Origin: an uncultured Anaerolineales bacterium
Lineage (GTDB): Bacteria; Chloroflexota; Anaerolineae; Anaerolineales; UBA11858
Assembly (NCBI GenBank): GCA_964560795.1
Contig: CAZLNX010000012.1
Location: forward strand, 1-42,820
Direction: 5' to 3'
Length of the DNA stretch: 42,820 bases
The notes beneath the pieces are model-generated. The model had not been told where the DNA came from, did no database searches, and saw only the letters and a program-made list of their open reading frames with translations. The first letter of the stretch is position 1. The number at the start of each line of letters is the position of its first letter. Shown piece by piece: positions 20,249 to 30,011 of this stretch. A program made the position numbers and the translations under genes.

Positions 20249-21862
20249 TTATAAATTCTTTTTCTGTTCTTCTGAAGTCCTCAATGCCTGGCTGCGATTA
20301 GAGAAATGGAATTTCAAGGCATCCAGACTCGCTCTTAGTTGGTTCAATATTTCAAGATCGAACTGTCCCCGGGCAGATTCCTGCATCAATTTTTGCACGT
20401 CATCATTCAATACACTGGAGCGCACCAAAAGACCTTCATCGTAATCCAGAAGATCATCAAACATCTTATTACTGATCTTCAGGTTGGTGACATAAGGCGG
20501 CACCCCTTGAGTTGGGTTCATAACCAATTCGCGGGCGCGGGCGAACTCTTTCTCCAAGGCGCGAATTTCGAGCGCGTTATCTTCCTGACCTTGCTGATAC
20601 ACTCGAGAGCGCAGATCGTTGAGCGCGTTTTGAGCATTTTGCAAATCTAAATTGCACTGTCCACGAACCAGGGCATCGGCCTGCTGGCGATCCTGTCCCA
20701 CCAAATCATCGACCAGGGTTGTGCCCGGTTCAGTCCAATGCGCTTGCTGCAGTTCATCATATTTTTGGAAGAGTTTTTTCATGCTATCGAAGAGAATACC
20801 AGCCACCGCACCCCAAACAATCAAGTTAAACTCCAACCGATTTGACCAATCGGGACCCCCCGCAAAATGAGTTACGATTTTTGTAATAACAATAGCAACC
20901 ATCACCACAAAAATCATCCAAATCACATGGCGGCGCCACCAAAAACGTGGATAACGTCGCCCGCGGCGTGATCGCGGCTCTGGCTCCTTTTTGCGTTTTA
21001 GCTGAAATAGCTGATTTATCCTAAAATGGCCATCTGCGTCATCCAGTTGTAGCTGACCTGAAATCCAACTCAAGATAGCAGAGAGCAAACTCACTGGCTC
21101 ACCACCATCAGCGTCATTTTCTGCATCTGAGCCATCATCTGGCGGATTCGTTTCTCCAACGGGGGTCAGCACAACTTTACCAGCATGTTCCAGCCCTAAT
21201 TTCCGCAAGGCATCTTCACGCTGCTTTTTAGACTTGGCTTCAGCAAGCATTGTTTTTACTTCTACATCCTGCAGGCGCTGCTCTAATTCCAAAGCCTGTT
21301 CAGCGGCAATCAGACGATCTTCCGATCCTAAAAAGGATGCAAAATGAAAGAAATCTAAGTGCAGGCCCAAACTGTTGAGTGTTGGCTCAAGTCCTGGACG
21401 AACATCGACATACAGAGGGTCTTGGCGCCCTTCGAGCAACTCTTCGGCCTGATAGCGCCGCACGGCGGGAGCTAAAATATCCCAGGCAGCTTCGGGGCTG
21501 AGATCGATCACATTCCCATAAACAACCTCACGCGGCACGACATATTGGGTAAAGAACTGCTCGACATCAAAAATTTCGACCGCACATAATAGACTACCAT
21601 CCACAAGGACATCGTCTCGGCTGAGCAGGTTAGCGGCCTTCAGGCGAGTATTGAAAGGCCCCGCGGGAACAAATCCCACCTGCAATGCGGTTGCCTTCAA
21701 GGCGTGCTGGCCAGGCTCAAAGGTTTGTACGGCGCTATTTTCAGAGATCACAATCCCCACCCGGCCGGGAGGGACGTCAAATTGCTTATCCTTTCGGCCA
21801 GGCAGTTTCGATATCGCGTAACTTTGGGCCAGGGCAAGTGAATTTTCTTTTCCCATGATCAT
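20249..21862 (-). CDS. SPFH (band-7)-domain protein with an internal TM and a C-terminal coiled coil
   Basis: N-terminus FDVPPGRVGIV...FEPGQHAL...LLSRDDVLVDGSLLCAVEIFDVEQFF follows the SPFH pattern. TM segment IWMIFVVMVAIVITKIV. Confidence 0.55.
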   Translation of the reverse strand: MIMGKENSLALAQSYAISKLPGRKDKQFDVPPGRVGIVISENSAVQTFEPGQHALKATALQVGFVPAGPFNTRLKAANLLSRDDVLVDGSLLCAVEIFDVEQFFTQYVVPREVVYGNVIDLSPEAAWDILAPAVRRYQAEELLEGRQDPLYVDVRPGLEPTLNSLGLHLDFFHFASFLGSEDRLIAAEQALELEQRLQDVEVKTMLAEAKSKKQREDALRKLGLEHAGKVVLTPVGETNPPDDGSDAENDADGGEPVSLLSAILSWISGQLQLDDADGHFRINQLFQLKRKKEPEPRSRRGRRYPRFWWRRHVIWMIFVVMVAIVITKIVTHFAGGPDWSNRLEFNLIVWGAVAGILFDSMKKLFQKYDELQQAHWTEPGTTLVDDLVGQDRQQADALVRGQCNLDLQNAQNALNDLRSRVYQQGQEDNALEIRALEKEFARARELVMNPTQGVPPYVTNLKISNKMFDDLLDYDEGLLVRSSVLNDDVQKLMQESARGQFDLEILNQLRASLDALKFHFSNRSQALRTSEEQKKNL

Positions 21863-21880
21863 TTATCTCCTAACAAGCGA

Positions 21881-23263
21881 TTATTTTAGAACTTGTGGTA
21901 CTGAGATGCTAAGCTGCGCCTCAGCTTTACTCGCTAATTCTTTGACATTGTTGGGTTTGGATAACGACAGGCGGCTCAGCGCGGCCATACGTGTATCGGG
22001 GTTTACCTGGGCTTTGCTGAACAACATTTCTCTCAGATCAGACAGGCTGATCTCCTGGGGATCGAAGCTGAGATTGGCGGCAATCAGGGCTGCATATGGC
22101 ACACATAGGGGGCCTAAATTGTAGGCTGCCTGTGAATAGATCAATTCACCAACCACATAGCGCAGTGGTTGGCCCAGTGTAGCGCCAAAATAACCATCCA
22201 ATTGAGCGCCTACCACATCCATGATCATGACAACGCTGTGCAATAATTCTGAGGGTACATCCTCGGGGCCGAAGAGCAATGCCAGCGCGGCCAGTAAAGA
22301 ATCGCTGATTTCTTGTCGATTAGGAATTTCAGTCGGCAGGGCTTGAATCGCCTCAACCAGCGCTCCAATTTCGTAGTGGTGCTGCGGGCTGCTCTGAGAC
22401 AGGTGCCCCAAGAGATAGGCAGCGATCCAAGTGGCCCAGCCTTCTTCTAATAGTTGGGAGGCCATGTTGAGCAAAATAGCTTTATCCTGGCGCAGGCTCG
22501 TGACCGGATCATCCGCAGCATGATAGCCAAAACGGCGGGCGGTATCCGCCAGAGAAACACCCAAACGGCTCTTGACTTCCCCTAAGGCGCTATAAGCATC
22601 CAGGAAACCGTGGCCCAATTTTTCATGGATAGCTGTAGACATAACACGCTCGAGCACTTGCGGGATCTCGAAGCCCTGCCGGGGAGAGGCATCTACACCG
22701 TAGACAAATAACCAGCCGTTCAGATAGCAGCCCACGCCAGACAGGTTATAGCCAAAGATGCCCCCGCCCTTGGATTCATCAGCCATCGTCTGCGCCTGGG
22801 TAATCATTCGCTCCAGCTCCCCCTGGCGTGCCTGGGCCGATAAATTTAGATGCTCAACGATGGGCGTAAAAAATTCTACCAGCGTTTCGCAAAAGACTGT
22901 CGGATAATTTAACCGGTACGTAGAGAAATAGCTTCCCAAATCAAAGTGCTGCGCGAAAACATGATCCAGCTCCTGCAGAGTTTTGCTTCCTTCAAGATTG
23001 AGGAGCGGTTGGACCAGGGCTTGTCTCGCGCTGGGAAAAGTGGGCTCACTGGCTGCACGGCGCTGATTTTGCACACGCGCCTCAGCCCCGTCCAGACGCC
23101 GGGCCACATCTGCCGGGATGAGCGGTTTGGCCTGGCGCAAGAGCTGCTGGCGCAGGGCTTGAAGGTCGGCATCGAGGCGAGACTTCTGCTGCTCGGCGCG
23201 CTGGTCTAGTTTGTTTCCGAAGGTAGATTTAAGATTGTCGAGGTTTGTCATGCTAATTCTCAC
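21881..23263 (-). CDS. Hypothetical protein (460 aa), first gene of a three-gene SPFH operon
   Basis: Long ORF with coiled-coil N-terminus. Contains HEKLGH, which is not a canonical HExxH. Confidence 0.5.
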   Translation of the reverse strand: MRISMTNLDNLKSTFGNKLDQRAEQQKSRLDADLQALRQQLLRQAKPLIPADVARRLDGAEARVQNQRRAASEPTFPSARQALVQPLLNLEGSKTLQELDHVFAQHFDLGSYFSTYRLNYPTVFCETLVEFFTPIVEHLNLSAQARQGELERMITQAQTMADESKGGGIFGYNLSGVGCYLNGWLFVYGVDASPRQGFEIPQVLERVMSTAIHEKLGHGFLDAYSALGEVKSRLGVSLADTARRFGYHAADDPVTSLRQDKAILLNMASQLLEEGWATWIAAYLLGHLSQSSPQHHYEIGALVEAIQALPTEIPNRQEISDSLLAALALLFGPEDVPSELLHSVVMIMDVVGAQLDGYFGATLGQPLRYVVGELIYSQAAYNLGPLCVPYAALIAANLSFDPQEISLSDLREMLFSKAQVNPDTRMAALSRLSLSKPNNVKELASKAEAQLSISVPQVLK

Positions 23264-23327
23264 AATTTTTTCAAGCCAGAGGAGCAGAAGTCAGAAATCC
23301 AGACTTACCCTGAGCGTGTCGAAGGGA

Positions 23328-25001
23328 TCAGGACGAGCTACTCCCTTCGCTTTGCTTCTGGGACACCGAGCGGGCACAGCGAAAACCGTTGAAGTCCCAG
23401 GTAATATCTGGTGAGCCCCCTTCGCGATACGCAGAGCGCACGCCCCCACCAGAACTGAACCAACAGCCGCCGCGCAGAATACGGCTTTCATTGCTATAAA
23501 CCGTTTCACGGCCATCTCTTGCCTGGTAAGGGTAATCTTTATACAGGCTGTTGGTCCACTCCCTAACATTACCGGCCATATCCGCACAGCTATAAGGACT
23601 GTTTCCTGCCGGGCTGTATTGGCCAACAGAGCTGGTGCCGCCACCGATATGAGTAAAATTACAACGCTTTTCATCGGGCGCCTGGTCGCCCCAGGGCCAG
23701 GTACGGCCATCGCTGCCGCGGGCGTCTTTCTCCCACTCGGCTTCCGTAGGCAGGCGGATTTCATGGCCGCTTTCCCGGCTGGCCCATTCACAAAAAGCAA
23801 CTGCATCGTACCAACTGACATGGACGACGGGGTGATCGGCTTTGCCGCCAACATCATGCTTCCAGGTTTTATCCTGGTCCTCTTTCTCCGCAGTGGTTTT
23901 ATAGCCAGTCGCATTGACAAAGATTTCAAACTGCGACACCGTCACAGGCGTTTTCCCCATCCAATATTCACCCAAATGCACTTCGTGCTGGGGCTGCTCA
24001 TCATCACTCGTATATTCGTCCGTGGCCTTGCTACCCATCAGGAAAGGACCGGCGGGGACGCGCACGAAGGTCAGATCAACCACTGAGAGCAGCTTGCCGC
24101 CCCCAATGCTGAGCGCCATACTTTCGGGATCGCCGGCGGCGCTTACTCCACGGCGGGGAGTAATTTTGGGTTTGCCGGTCTCAACAGACGGCACTGGGGT
24201 GGCACTGAGTTGGTGGGTAAATTCAAGCACGCTCGAAAACCGTTCAGCAGGGTTTTGCGACAAAGCCCGCCGCAGAGGGTTACCAATGCCTGGTTCAACA
24301 TCCAGCGGCCAATTTCCCGGCAGCGGCGGCGGCTGAAAATGTTTGGCCATCACCGCCGGTGGGGTTTTACCGGCATACAAAACCTGCCCAGTGAGCATTT
24401 CAGTGAGCACACAGGCCAGTGCATATTGGTCGGTGGCCTGGCTGACATCGTCCCCCTTCCATATTTCGGGAGCCATATAATGGGGCGTGCCTAAAAAGCT
24501 GCCCGTGGCCGTCAGACTGCTGGCGTGTAAGGCTTTGACTAACCCAAAATCGGTCAGCACCGCGCCATCGCTGGCGCTGATGAGTATGTTCCCCGGTTTG
24601 ACATCACGGTGGATCAGATTTTTTTCATGGGCAAAGTGCAGGGCGTCAGCAACATGTTGGGCAATCTGCAATGCTTCATCCCAGGATAATGGGCCGTTCT
24701 CTGCCAGGTGCTGATCCAGCGCAACGCCATCTACATAGCGCATGGCGATGAAATATCGCCCTTCGGCCTTGCCCAAATCCCACACCCAGGCGATGTGCGG
24801 GTGCATCAAGTTCGCCAGGGTTTTGGCCTCCTGCAAAAAGCGCTGAAACGATTCGCTATCGGCCAGCAAAGTTGGTTTGAGCACCTTGAGTGCCACCACC
24901 CGGTCGAGTGTGGTATCCGTGGCTTTATACACATCCGCGTAAGCACCAGCGCCGAGGTGTGCGTCTATTTTGTATTTGCCGAGTTGCTCTATCTCACTCA
25001 T
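23328..25001 (-). CDS. Ser/Thr protein kinase fused to an FGE-sulfatase domain, cytoplasmic with no TM
   Basis: LGAGAYADVYKA, HRDVKPGNILI, DFGLVK and APE motifs. C-terminal ...MAGNVREWT...RGGCWF...NGFRCARS. Confidence 0.9.
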   Translation of the reverse strand: MSEIEQLGKYKIDAHLGAGAYADVYKATDTTLDRVVALKVLKPTLLADSESFQRFLQEAKTLANLMHPHIAWVWDLGKAEGRYFIAMRYVDGVALDQHLAENGPLSWDEALQIAQHVADALHFAHEKNLIHRDVKPGNILISASDGAVLTDFGLVKALHASSLTATGSFLGTPHYMAPEIWKGDDVSQATDQYALACVLTEMLTGQVLYAGKTPPAVMAKHFQPPPLPGNWPLDVEPGIGNPLRRALSQNPAERFSSVLEFTHQLSATPVPSVETGKPKITPRRGVSAAGDPESMALSIGGGKLLSVVDLTFVRVPAGPFLMGSKATDEYTSDDEQPQHEVHLGEYWMGKTPVTVSQFEIFVNATGYKTTAEKEDQDKTWKHDVGGKADHPVVHVSWYDAVAFCEWASRESGHEIRLPTEAEWEKDARGSDGRTWPWGDQAPDEKRCNFTHIGGGTSSVGQYSPAGNSPYSCADMAGNVREWTNSLYKDYPYQARDGRETVYSNESRILRGGCWFSSGGGVRSAYREGGSPDITWDFNGFRCARSVSQKQSEGSSSS

Positions 25002-25039
25002 TCAACGGTCCTTTACTTGCACAAGTTTGCTCCCCCCCC

Positions 25040-25073
25040 AGCCCCCCAATACTGGGGGGAGTCTGGGTTCCCT
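25040..25073. repeat. GC hairpin repeat, half A (CAGCCCCCC-AATACT-GGGGGGAGTCTGGGTTCCC). Abuts the DUF559 stop codon.
   Basis: 30 of 34 nt identical to 31125-31157. Confidence 0.6.
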
Positions 25074-25495
25074 TAATCTTGATGAGTTAGGGGAGTAAGC
25101 TCTCGTGCAACTTCTAAAACACGGTTCAATACCGAGGTCAGGTCATTTAACACTTCACCATTACGGAATCGGATGACTTGATAACCATATTTTTGCAAGT
25201 GTTCCTCTCGAACACGATCGTACTCGACGGTTTCATCATGAGCGTCACCGTCTACTTCAATTACCAGCTTGCAAGCCGGGCAATAGAAATCTAAAATAAA
25301 ACGTCCGACTGGATGCTGAACGCGGAATTTCAATCCAGCTACCTGGTTACCTCTCAACGCTTGCCACAATTTTCTCTCCGCAGGAGTCATGTTTGTACGC
25401 AAATGCTTGGCCGCAGCTTCAATCTCTGACGTCGTTCCACGAATACGAGGAGTAGTTTTATCTATCATCTTTGATACAACTTCCCCCCTCCCCAA
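25073..25495 (-). CDS. DUF559 (Vsr-like, PD-(D/E)XK) endonuclease-domain protein. The probable true ATG start is at about 25468, since the track ORF begins at a TTG.
   Basis: TPAERKLWQALRG...KFRVQHPVGRFILDFYCPACKLVIEVDGDAHD...EHLQKYGYQVIRFRNGEVLNDL is the DUF559 signature. Confidence 0.8.
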   Translation of the reverse strand: MGRGEVVSKMIDKTTPRIRGTTSEIEAAAKHLRTNMTPAERKLWQALRGNQVAGLKFRVQHPVGRFILDFYCPACKLVIEVDGDAHDETVEYDRVREEHLQKYGYQVIRFRNGEVLNDLTSVLNRVLEVARELTPLTHQD

Positions 25496-25510
25496 ACTTT
25501 GGGGGAGGGG
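25485..25510. repeat. GC hairpin repeat, half B: perfect 9-bp stem CCCCTCCCC, 8-nt loop, GGGGAGGGG
   Basis: Read directly from the sequence. Its counterpart at 31154-31171 is CCCCCAAAAGTTTGGGGG. Confidence 0.6.
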
Positions 25511-25528
25511 CTGGGGGTGGGGGCCAGT

Positions 25529-28237
25529 TCACTCATCAACCTTCAGATCAAACCGACACGCGGTACAGAAATTGGCTTCAGGGTCAACGGGCAGATGACA
25601 ATTGGGGCAAGATGGACCAGTTTCTGCGGTCAATTGCGTATCATCAATGGTCAAACTGGCCCTCTCTCCGCGCTGTATCTCGATGCGATCGCCCTTCTGG
25701 GCACCCGCTTCAACTTTATCCCCTTTGATCTGATCGCCTTCGATGCGGTCTCCTTTAATTACATCCACTCTCTCACCGGCTGCATGCACCGCCTGATCAT
25801 GAAAGTGGTATTCAATGTGTTGAGGTGTACCGCCAGATTGTGACTCATCTTTCGCTTTCACCTGAAAATACTCCGTGATCTGCTCTCGATAATTATTACC
25901 ATCGCGATCCTGCCACATCCATTCGATGATCAGCGGGACAGTTTCGCCGACTTGGTCTAATAATGGACGCAGTGGGATTTGGGTCTGGCGTTCTCTTTCA
26001 GGATAAATATTCTTGAGCAACATGTTCGAAGCTGTCTCGCCAACCTCGAAACGCCCGCTGCCTACCTGGACGCGCACATTGCGGGCCACACCGCGCCCAA
26101 CATTGCGAAGAACTAAATCTAAGCGGTTGAATGCTCCTTCACGGAAAGCTTTTTGTGTTTTTCCTTCGATGACAATAAAAGGAAGTGAACGGTAATAAAT
26201 AATCTTTTCCAAACATTGCTGGCACTCTTTATTCATCCCGATATCGTCATAGTACTGCCTGGCGCGCTCGTATAGATCGGCAATGCCCAACTCATTGGAT
26301 GCATCGATGCGCTCAGCTTGCTGCGCGGCCCGTTGGTAAGCGATTGCCGCTTTGGCTGGTCTGCCCAATTTTGACCAGGCATCTGCCTCTACAGCAAATT
26401 TCCCCTTACCACGACCAATTTCAGCTATCCTTTCGAAAACCCAATTTTTGCCTTTCTCATTGGCCGCACATTGGAGTGCATCTAACTCTCTCTCTTGTTC
26501 TCCAGCCTTTTCGAAATTCTTTACTGCTCGATCAAAAAGCCCAAGTGAAAAGGCTGCCTCTCCGGCCTCTTTATATCTCTCGGCATCTTCTAAATCATGG
26601 ACATCTTTATCGACAGGTGATACCTGAGTCAATAGTTGGATTACTTTACCCCAATTTTTCAACCGTTTATAAACATCCAAAGAGCGTCGTAAATCTCCTG
26701 CTTCTCCATACAGTTTGGCTGCCCGCATAAGTTCACCAAGTTGTTCATATATCCTGGCAGCCCCAAGCAGATCACCTGTTCGGATCAACTCTTCAGCAAC
26801 GGCCTTTTGATTGCCTGCATTATCAAAGTATTCCTTGGCTTCTTTATGCATGCCCAATTGGCTGGCCAATTCACCTGCTTGTTGGAATAAATTGTCATGT
26901 TCGTAAAGCCGAAAGGCTTTCTGATGGTCTTTTAGCTCTTGAGCATAAATCTCGGCCGCACGGCGCATATCCCCAGACAATGCAAAAGCGGCGGCAGCGT
27001 TTTCGAACTCGTCCCGCTGGATAAACGTTTCCGGCGATTCCATTTCCAGGAGCGGTTTGGCAACCCTGATGGCAACCACTTCGCCATAGTACGTGCCCGC
27101 AATCAACAATCCATCGGCGATGACCAATTCGGTACGGATGGGATCTTCGTCGGAGCCAAGCGGGTAGACCCACTGCTGTTTGCCGTCCGAAGCGCGGTAT
27201 GCGTAGATGCAGCCAGCATCGCAACCCAGGAAGAGAGTATTTTCATAACAGGCCAGGACGCGCGCCCGGGCACTGGCAGGCAAAGGGATTTCCCGTTCTA
27301 CTACCCCCGTTGTTGGATCTATGGATTGCAATAAATAATGTCCATCTTCACCTGAAGGAGCCGGGCCGCGCACCACCAGGTGGAGACTCTCCGCGCCCAT
27401 CAGCGGTGGGCTGTAGACCCGTTTGTATTCCTGTTCCCAAAGGGTTTCACCCGTACCCTGATCCAGGCCAACCAACTGCCGCCGGCCGTTGATCAGAACG
27501 ATCACGCGCTCATCGGCGGTCAAAGGGCGGCTGACCAGGCCATCGGTGGGACGCTTCCAGCGTTGCACGCCATCTGACAATTCAAAAGCCAGCAATTCCC
27601 CTTCCCCATGCATGGGGCGTCCATCGCTGACCAGGATCATATCGCCAGCGATAAAGGGTGCCAAAGCCCACCAGGCCTGCAGTGGTCGTCGCCACACAGG
27701 GTGGGGCTGAGCGTTACGCGAGAGCGCAACCAGTTCAGATGTTGAAGTTCTCAACAAGATGAGTTCATCTGTCAGCACAGGCGGGCTGAGCTGATGGCCG
27801 TCTGATTCCCAAAGGGTGCGCTGGGCACCCGAGTCGGGGTCAATTATCACCAGATTAGCATTTTCGGCCTGGCCAAGTTGACGCTCATCAGAGATCGAGG
27901 CCACCAACTTATTGTCGAATGGGACCAAGCTGCGGGTCATCAAACCAGTATCTAGATGAATATTCCAACCGACTTGGCCGCTATTCAAATCAACGCCGAA
28001 GAGCTGGCCTTCGCGGGATGGAAAGACTGCCATACCCCCAGCTACACCGGGACTGGCGAAGACTCCGCGTCCGGGGCCGCCTAAGCCGGCGCCCAAAGCG
28101 ACAGGCGCCCAGGCCGGTTCGCCAAGATCGCCGGGTAAGGGTCGCTCCCAGTGGCATTCTTGGCAACGCAGGGCGTCGAGGATGAGATGGTTATTGGGGC
28201 AAAAAATTGAAATCATAGGATTCTGTAGACTGCTCAT
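25529..28237 (-). CDS. Large zinc-ribbon, PQQ-like beta-propeller, TPR/Sel1-like repeat protein with C-terminal zinc ribbon
   Basis: N-terminal CPNNH..CQEC ribbon. Repeated ...DG..W... beta-propeller blades, then about 20-aa LGxxxxAAxxY repeats. C-terminal CPNCH...CTAC. Confidence 0.7.
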   Translation of the reverse strand: MSSLQNPMISIFCPNNHLILDALRCQECHWERPLPGDLGEPAWAPVALGAGLGGPGRGVFASPGVAGGMAVFPSREGQLFGVDLNSGQVGWNIHLDTGLMTRSLVPFDNKLVASISDERQLGQAENANLVIIDPDSGAQRTLWESDGHQLSPPVLTDELILLRTSTSELVALSRNAQPHPVWRRPLQAWWALAPFIAGDMILVSDGRPMHGEGELLAFELSDGVQRWKRPTDGLVSRPLTADERVIVLINGRRQLVGLDQGTGETLWEQEYKRVYSPPLMGAESLHLVVRGPAPSGEDGHYLLQSIDPTTGVVEREIPLPASARARVLACYENTLFLGCDAGCIYAYRASDGKQQWVYPLGSDEDPIRTELVIADGLLIAGTYYGEVVAIRVAKPLLEMESPETFIQRDEFENAAAAFALSGDMRRAAEIYAQELKDHQKAFRLYEHDNLFQQAGELASQLGMHKEAKEYFDNAGNQKAVAEELIRTGDLLGAARIYEQLGELMRAAKLYGEAGDLRRSLDVYKRLKNWGKVIQLLTQVSPVDKDVHDLEDAERYKEAGEAAFSLGLFDRAVKNFEKAGEQERELDALQCAANEKGKNWVFERIAEIGRGKGKFAVEADAWSKLGRPAKAAIAYQRAAQQAERIDASNELGIADLYERARQYYDDIGMNKECQQCLEKIIYYRSLPFIVIEGKTQKAFREGAFNRLDLVLRNVGRGVARNVRVQVGSGRFEVGETASNMLLKNIYPERERQTQIPLRPLLDQVGETVPLIIEWMWQDRDGNNYREQITEYFQVKAKDESQSGGTPQHIEYHFHDQAVHAAGERVDVIKGDRIEGDQIKGDKVEAGAQKGDRIEIQRGERASLTIDDTQLTAETGPSCPNCHLPVDPEANFCTACRFDLKVDE

Positions 28238-30011
28238 TTTTTTGATCCAAGGAATTTATAATGATTAGTACTACTATTGCAAATATCAAAGAGAGCACAA
28301 TCACCGAAACATCTCTAAATCGAGCAGTATCGGTTGATGGCTGTAATAAGAAGATCGAAAATGGTGGTATTAGAAATATCATGATCCCATAAATAATATT
28401 TCGCATTAAATCTGAAAGTAAGTATTCAACTAATTTTGTAGTTAGCAATGCTTTAAGAATTGTAATAAAACCGATAACACAAAAAACCAAACACATTATT
28501 ATTATAGATATATCACGAAATCTGGCTGTATCAGTTGATGGTTTCATAAGAAATATAGATGTGAATAGTATAGAAAGAATTATAGCTACCCACAAAATGA
28601 CTTTGTGTGCTCTTTTCAGATGGAAATTTGTAAAGAATTTATATATTCGATCATCGAAAAAACAAATAAATCCTAGAGTTAAAAAACTAACTATCCAAAT
28701 TGTACTTGTATCTGCAGCTTGAGAAACATTGCCTCCACCACTTGCAACTATTATTGCCCAAATAGATAAGAATAATCCAATGATTAATGAACAAATTATT
28801 AGTATTTTAGAACTTCGTTGCAGTTGTACATCCTTAATGGCATACAAGTCGATTATTAATTCTTGTTTGTCTTGAGATTCACCATCTAAACCAGATTCCC
28901 CCTTAGAGATTAACATTGATAAAAGGTTTTCCGAGTCTGGATAACTACTATCATCCTTTAATATCTCGAATGCATCATCTTTGGCTTCACTAATTTTCTT
29001 TCTTAATCTCTTATATCGCTTGTCTAAGTCAATCTGCTTTGCAACAATATTTAATTTATTGTTGACATCCCGAAAATTTGGTTTCCCCTTCTGAATGATT
29101 TTCCACTTCTCTAAAGATGGAATAAGTTCCCTTTTCTCCATCAACGTTTGTGCCTCAAAATACAACTTCTCCCAGTATTGGCCTTCTTCACGATCAACAG
29201 CAGCGGCTAGAGCCTCAGAAAACTTTCCCCCAAACTGAAAACGATCATCTGTTTTTTTACTCAATGCTTTCAATACAGCTTCAGTTATATGGTCACCTAA
29301 AGCTGGGTTGATCTCCCTTGGGTCAGGCGGCGGTTCTTCAGCATGACCCTTCTGGATAGCATATGGGGTTGTGCCTGTAAATGGCACCCTGCCAGTCAAT
29401 ATGTGAAAAGCCACTACACCGAGTGCATATAAATCCATGCGCGAGTCTGGTTCTTCCCCTTTGATCTGCTCAGGAGACATATATTCGGGTGTGCCCATAC
29501 TGGTCCCGGTGGTGGTCAGGCCGCTCTCGCCCATGGCTTTGACAATACCGAAATCAGTCAACGTAGCCTTATCTTCTTTCCCCACCAGAATATTTGATGG
29601 CTTGACATCTCGGTGAATCAGACCCTCCCCGTGAGCATAATCCAACGCATCTCCAACCTGCTGAATGATCTTAATAGCTCGCTGTGGAGGCAGAGGGCCT
29701 TCATCTTTGATGATCTCACTCAAAGGCTGGCCCTTCAGGTACTCCATGACGATATAATATCGTCCCTCGGACTCAGCCACTTCATAGACGGTGACGATAT
29801 TGGCATGTTTCAGCCGGGCGGCCTGCTTGGCCTCCTGTCGGAAACGCTCCAGGGTGGTGGCATCCTGGGTCAAATGCGGGAGCAATACCTTTAAGGCCAC
29901 ATTGCGATCAAGGGCAGGATCATGGGCTTTGTAAACCGTGCCAAATCCGCCCGAACCGATTTCTTCGAGAAGGGTGTATTTGTCAATTTGGCCGAGATTC
30001 TTCATTGTCAT
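28191..30011 (-). CDS. Ser/Thr protein kinase with a C-terminal polytopic membrane domain of at least 5 TM helices
   Basis: [29 protein letters not shown] and SPE motifs. The C-terminal third consists of repeated hydrophobic helices. Confidence 0.85.
   Translation of the reverse strand: MTMKNLGQIDKYTLLEEIGSGGFGTVYKAHDPALDRNVALKVLLPHLTQDATTLERFRQEAKQAARLKHANIVTVYEVAESEGRYYIVMEYLKGQPLSEIIKDEGPLPPQRAIKIIQQVGDALDYAHGEGLIHRDVKPSNILVGKEDKATLTDFGIVKAMGESGLTTTGTSMGTPEYMSPEQIKGEEPDSRMDLYALGVVAFHILTGRVPFTGTTPYAIQKGHAEEPPPDPREINPALGDHITEAVLKALSKKTDDRFQFGGKFSEALAAAVDREEGQYWEKLYFEAQTLMEKRELIPSLEKWKIIQKGKPNFRDVNNKLNIVAKQIDLDKRYKRLRKKISEAKDDAFEILKDDSSYPDSENLLSMLISKGESGLDGESQDKQELIIDLYAIKDVQLQRSSKILIICSLIIGLFLSIWAIIVASGGGNVSQAADTSTIWIVSFLTLGFICFFDDRIYKFFTNFHLKRAHKVILWVAIILSILFTSIFLMKPSTDTARFRDISIIIMCLVFCVIGFITILKALLTTKLVEYLLSDLMRNIIYGIMIFLIPPFSIFLLQPSTDTARFRDVSVIVLSLIFAIVVLIIINSLDQKNEQSTESYDFNFLPQ

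Noticed and set aside
21881-23263. Possible metalloprotease motif HEKLGH in the hypothetical protein
   Set aside because: The spacing is HExxxH, not the canonical HExxH. There is no downstream third ligand that I can identify.
23291-23929. 212-aa minus-strand ORF
   Set aside because: It is an alternative frame inside the FGE domain of 23328..25001. The authentic frame carries the FGE motifs.
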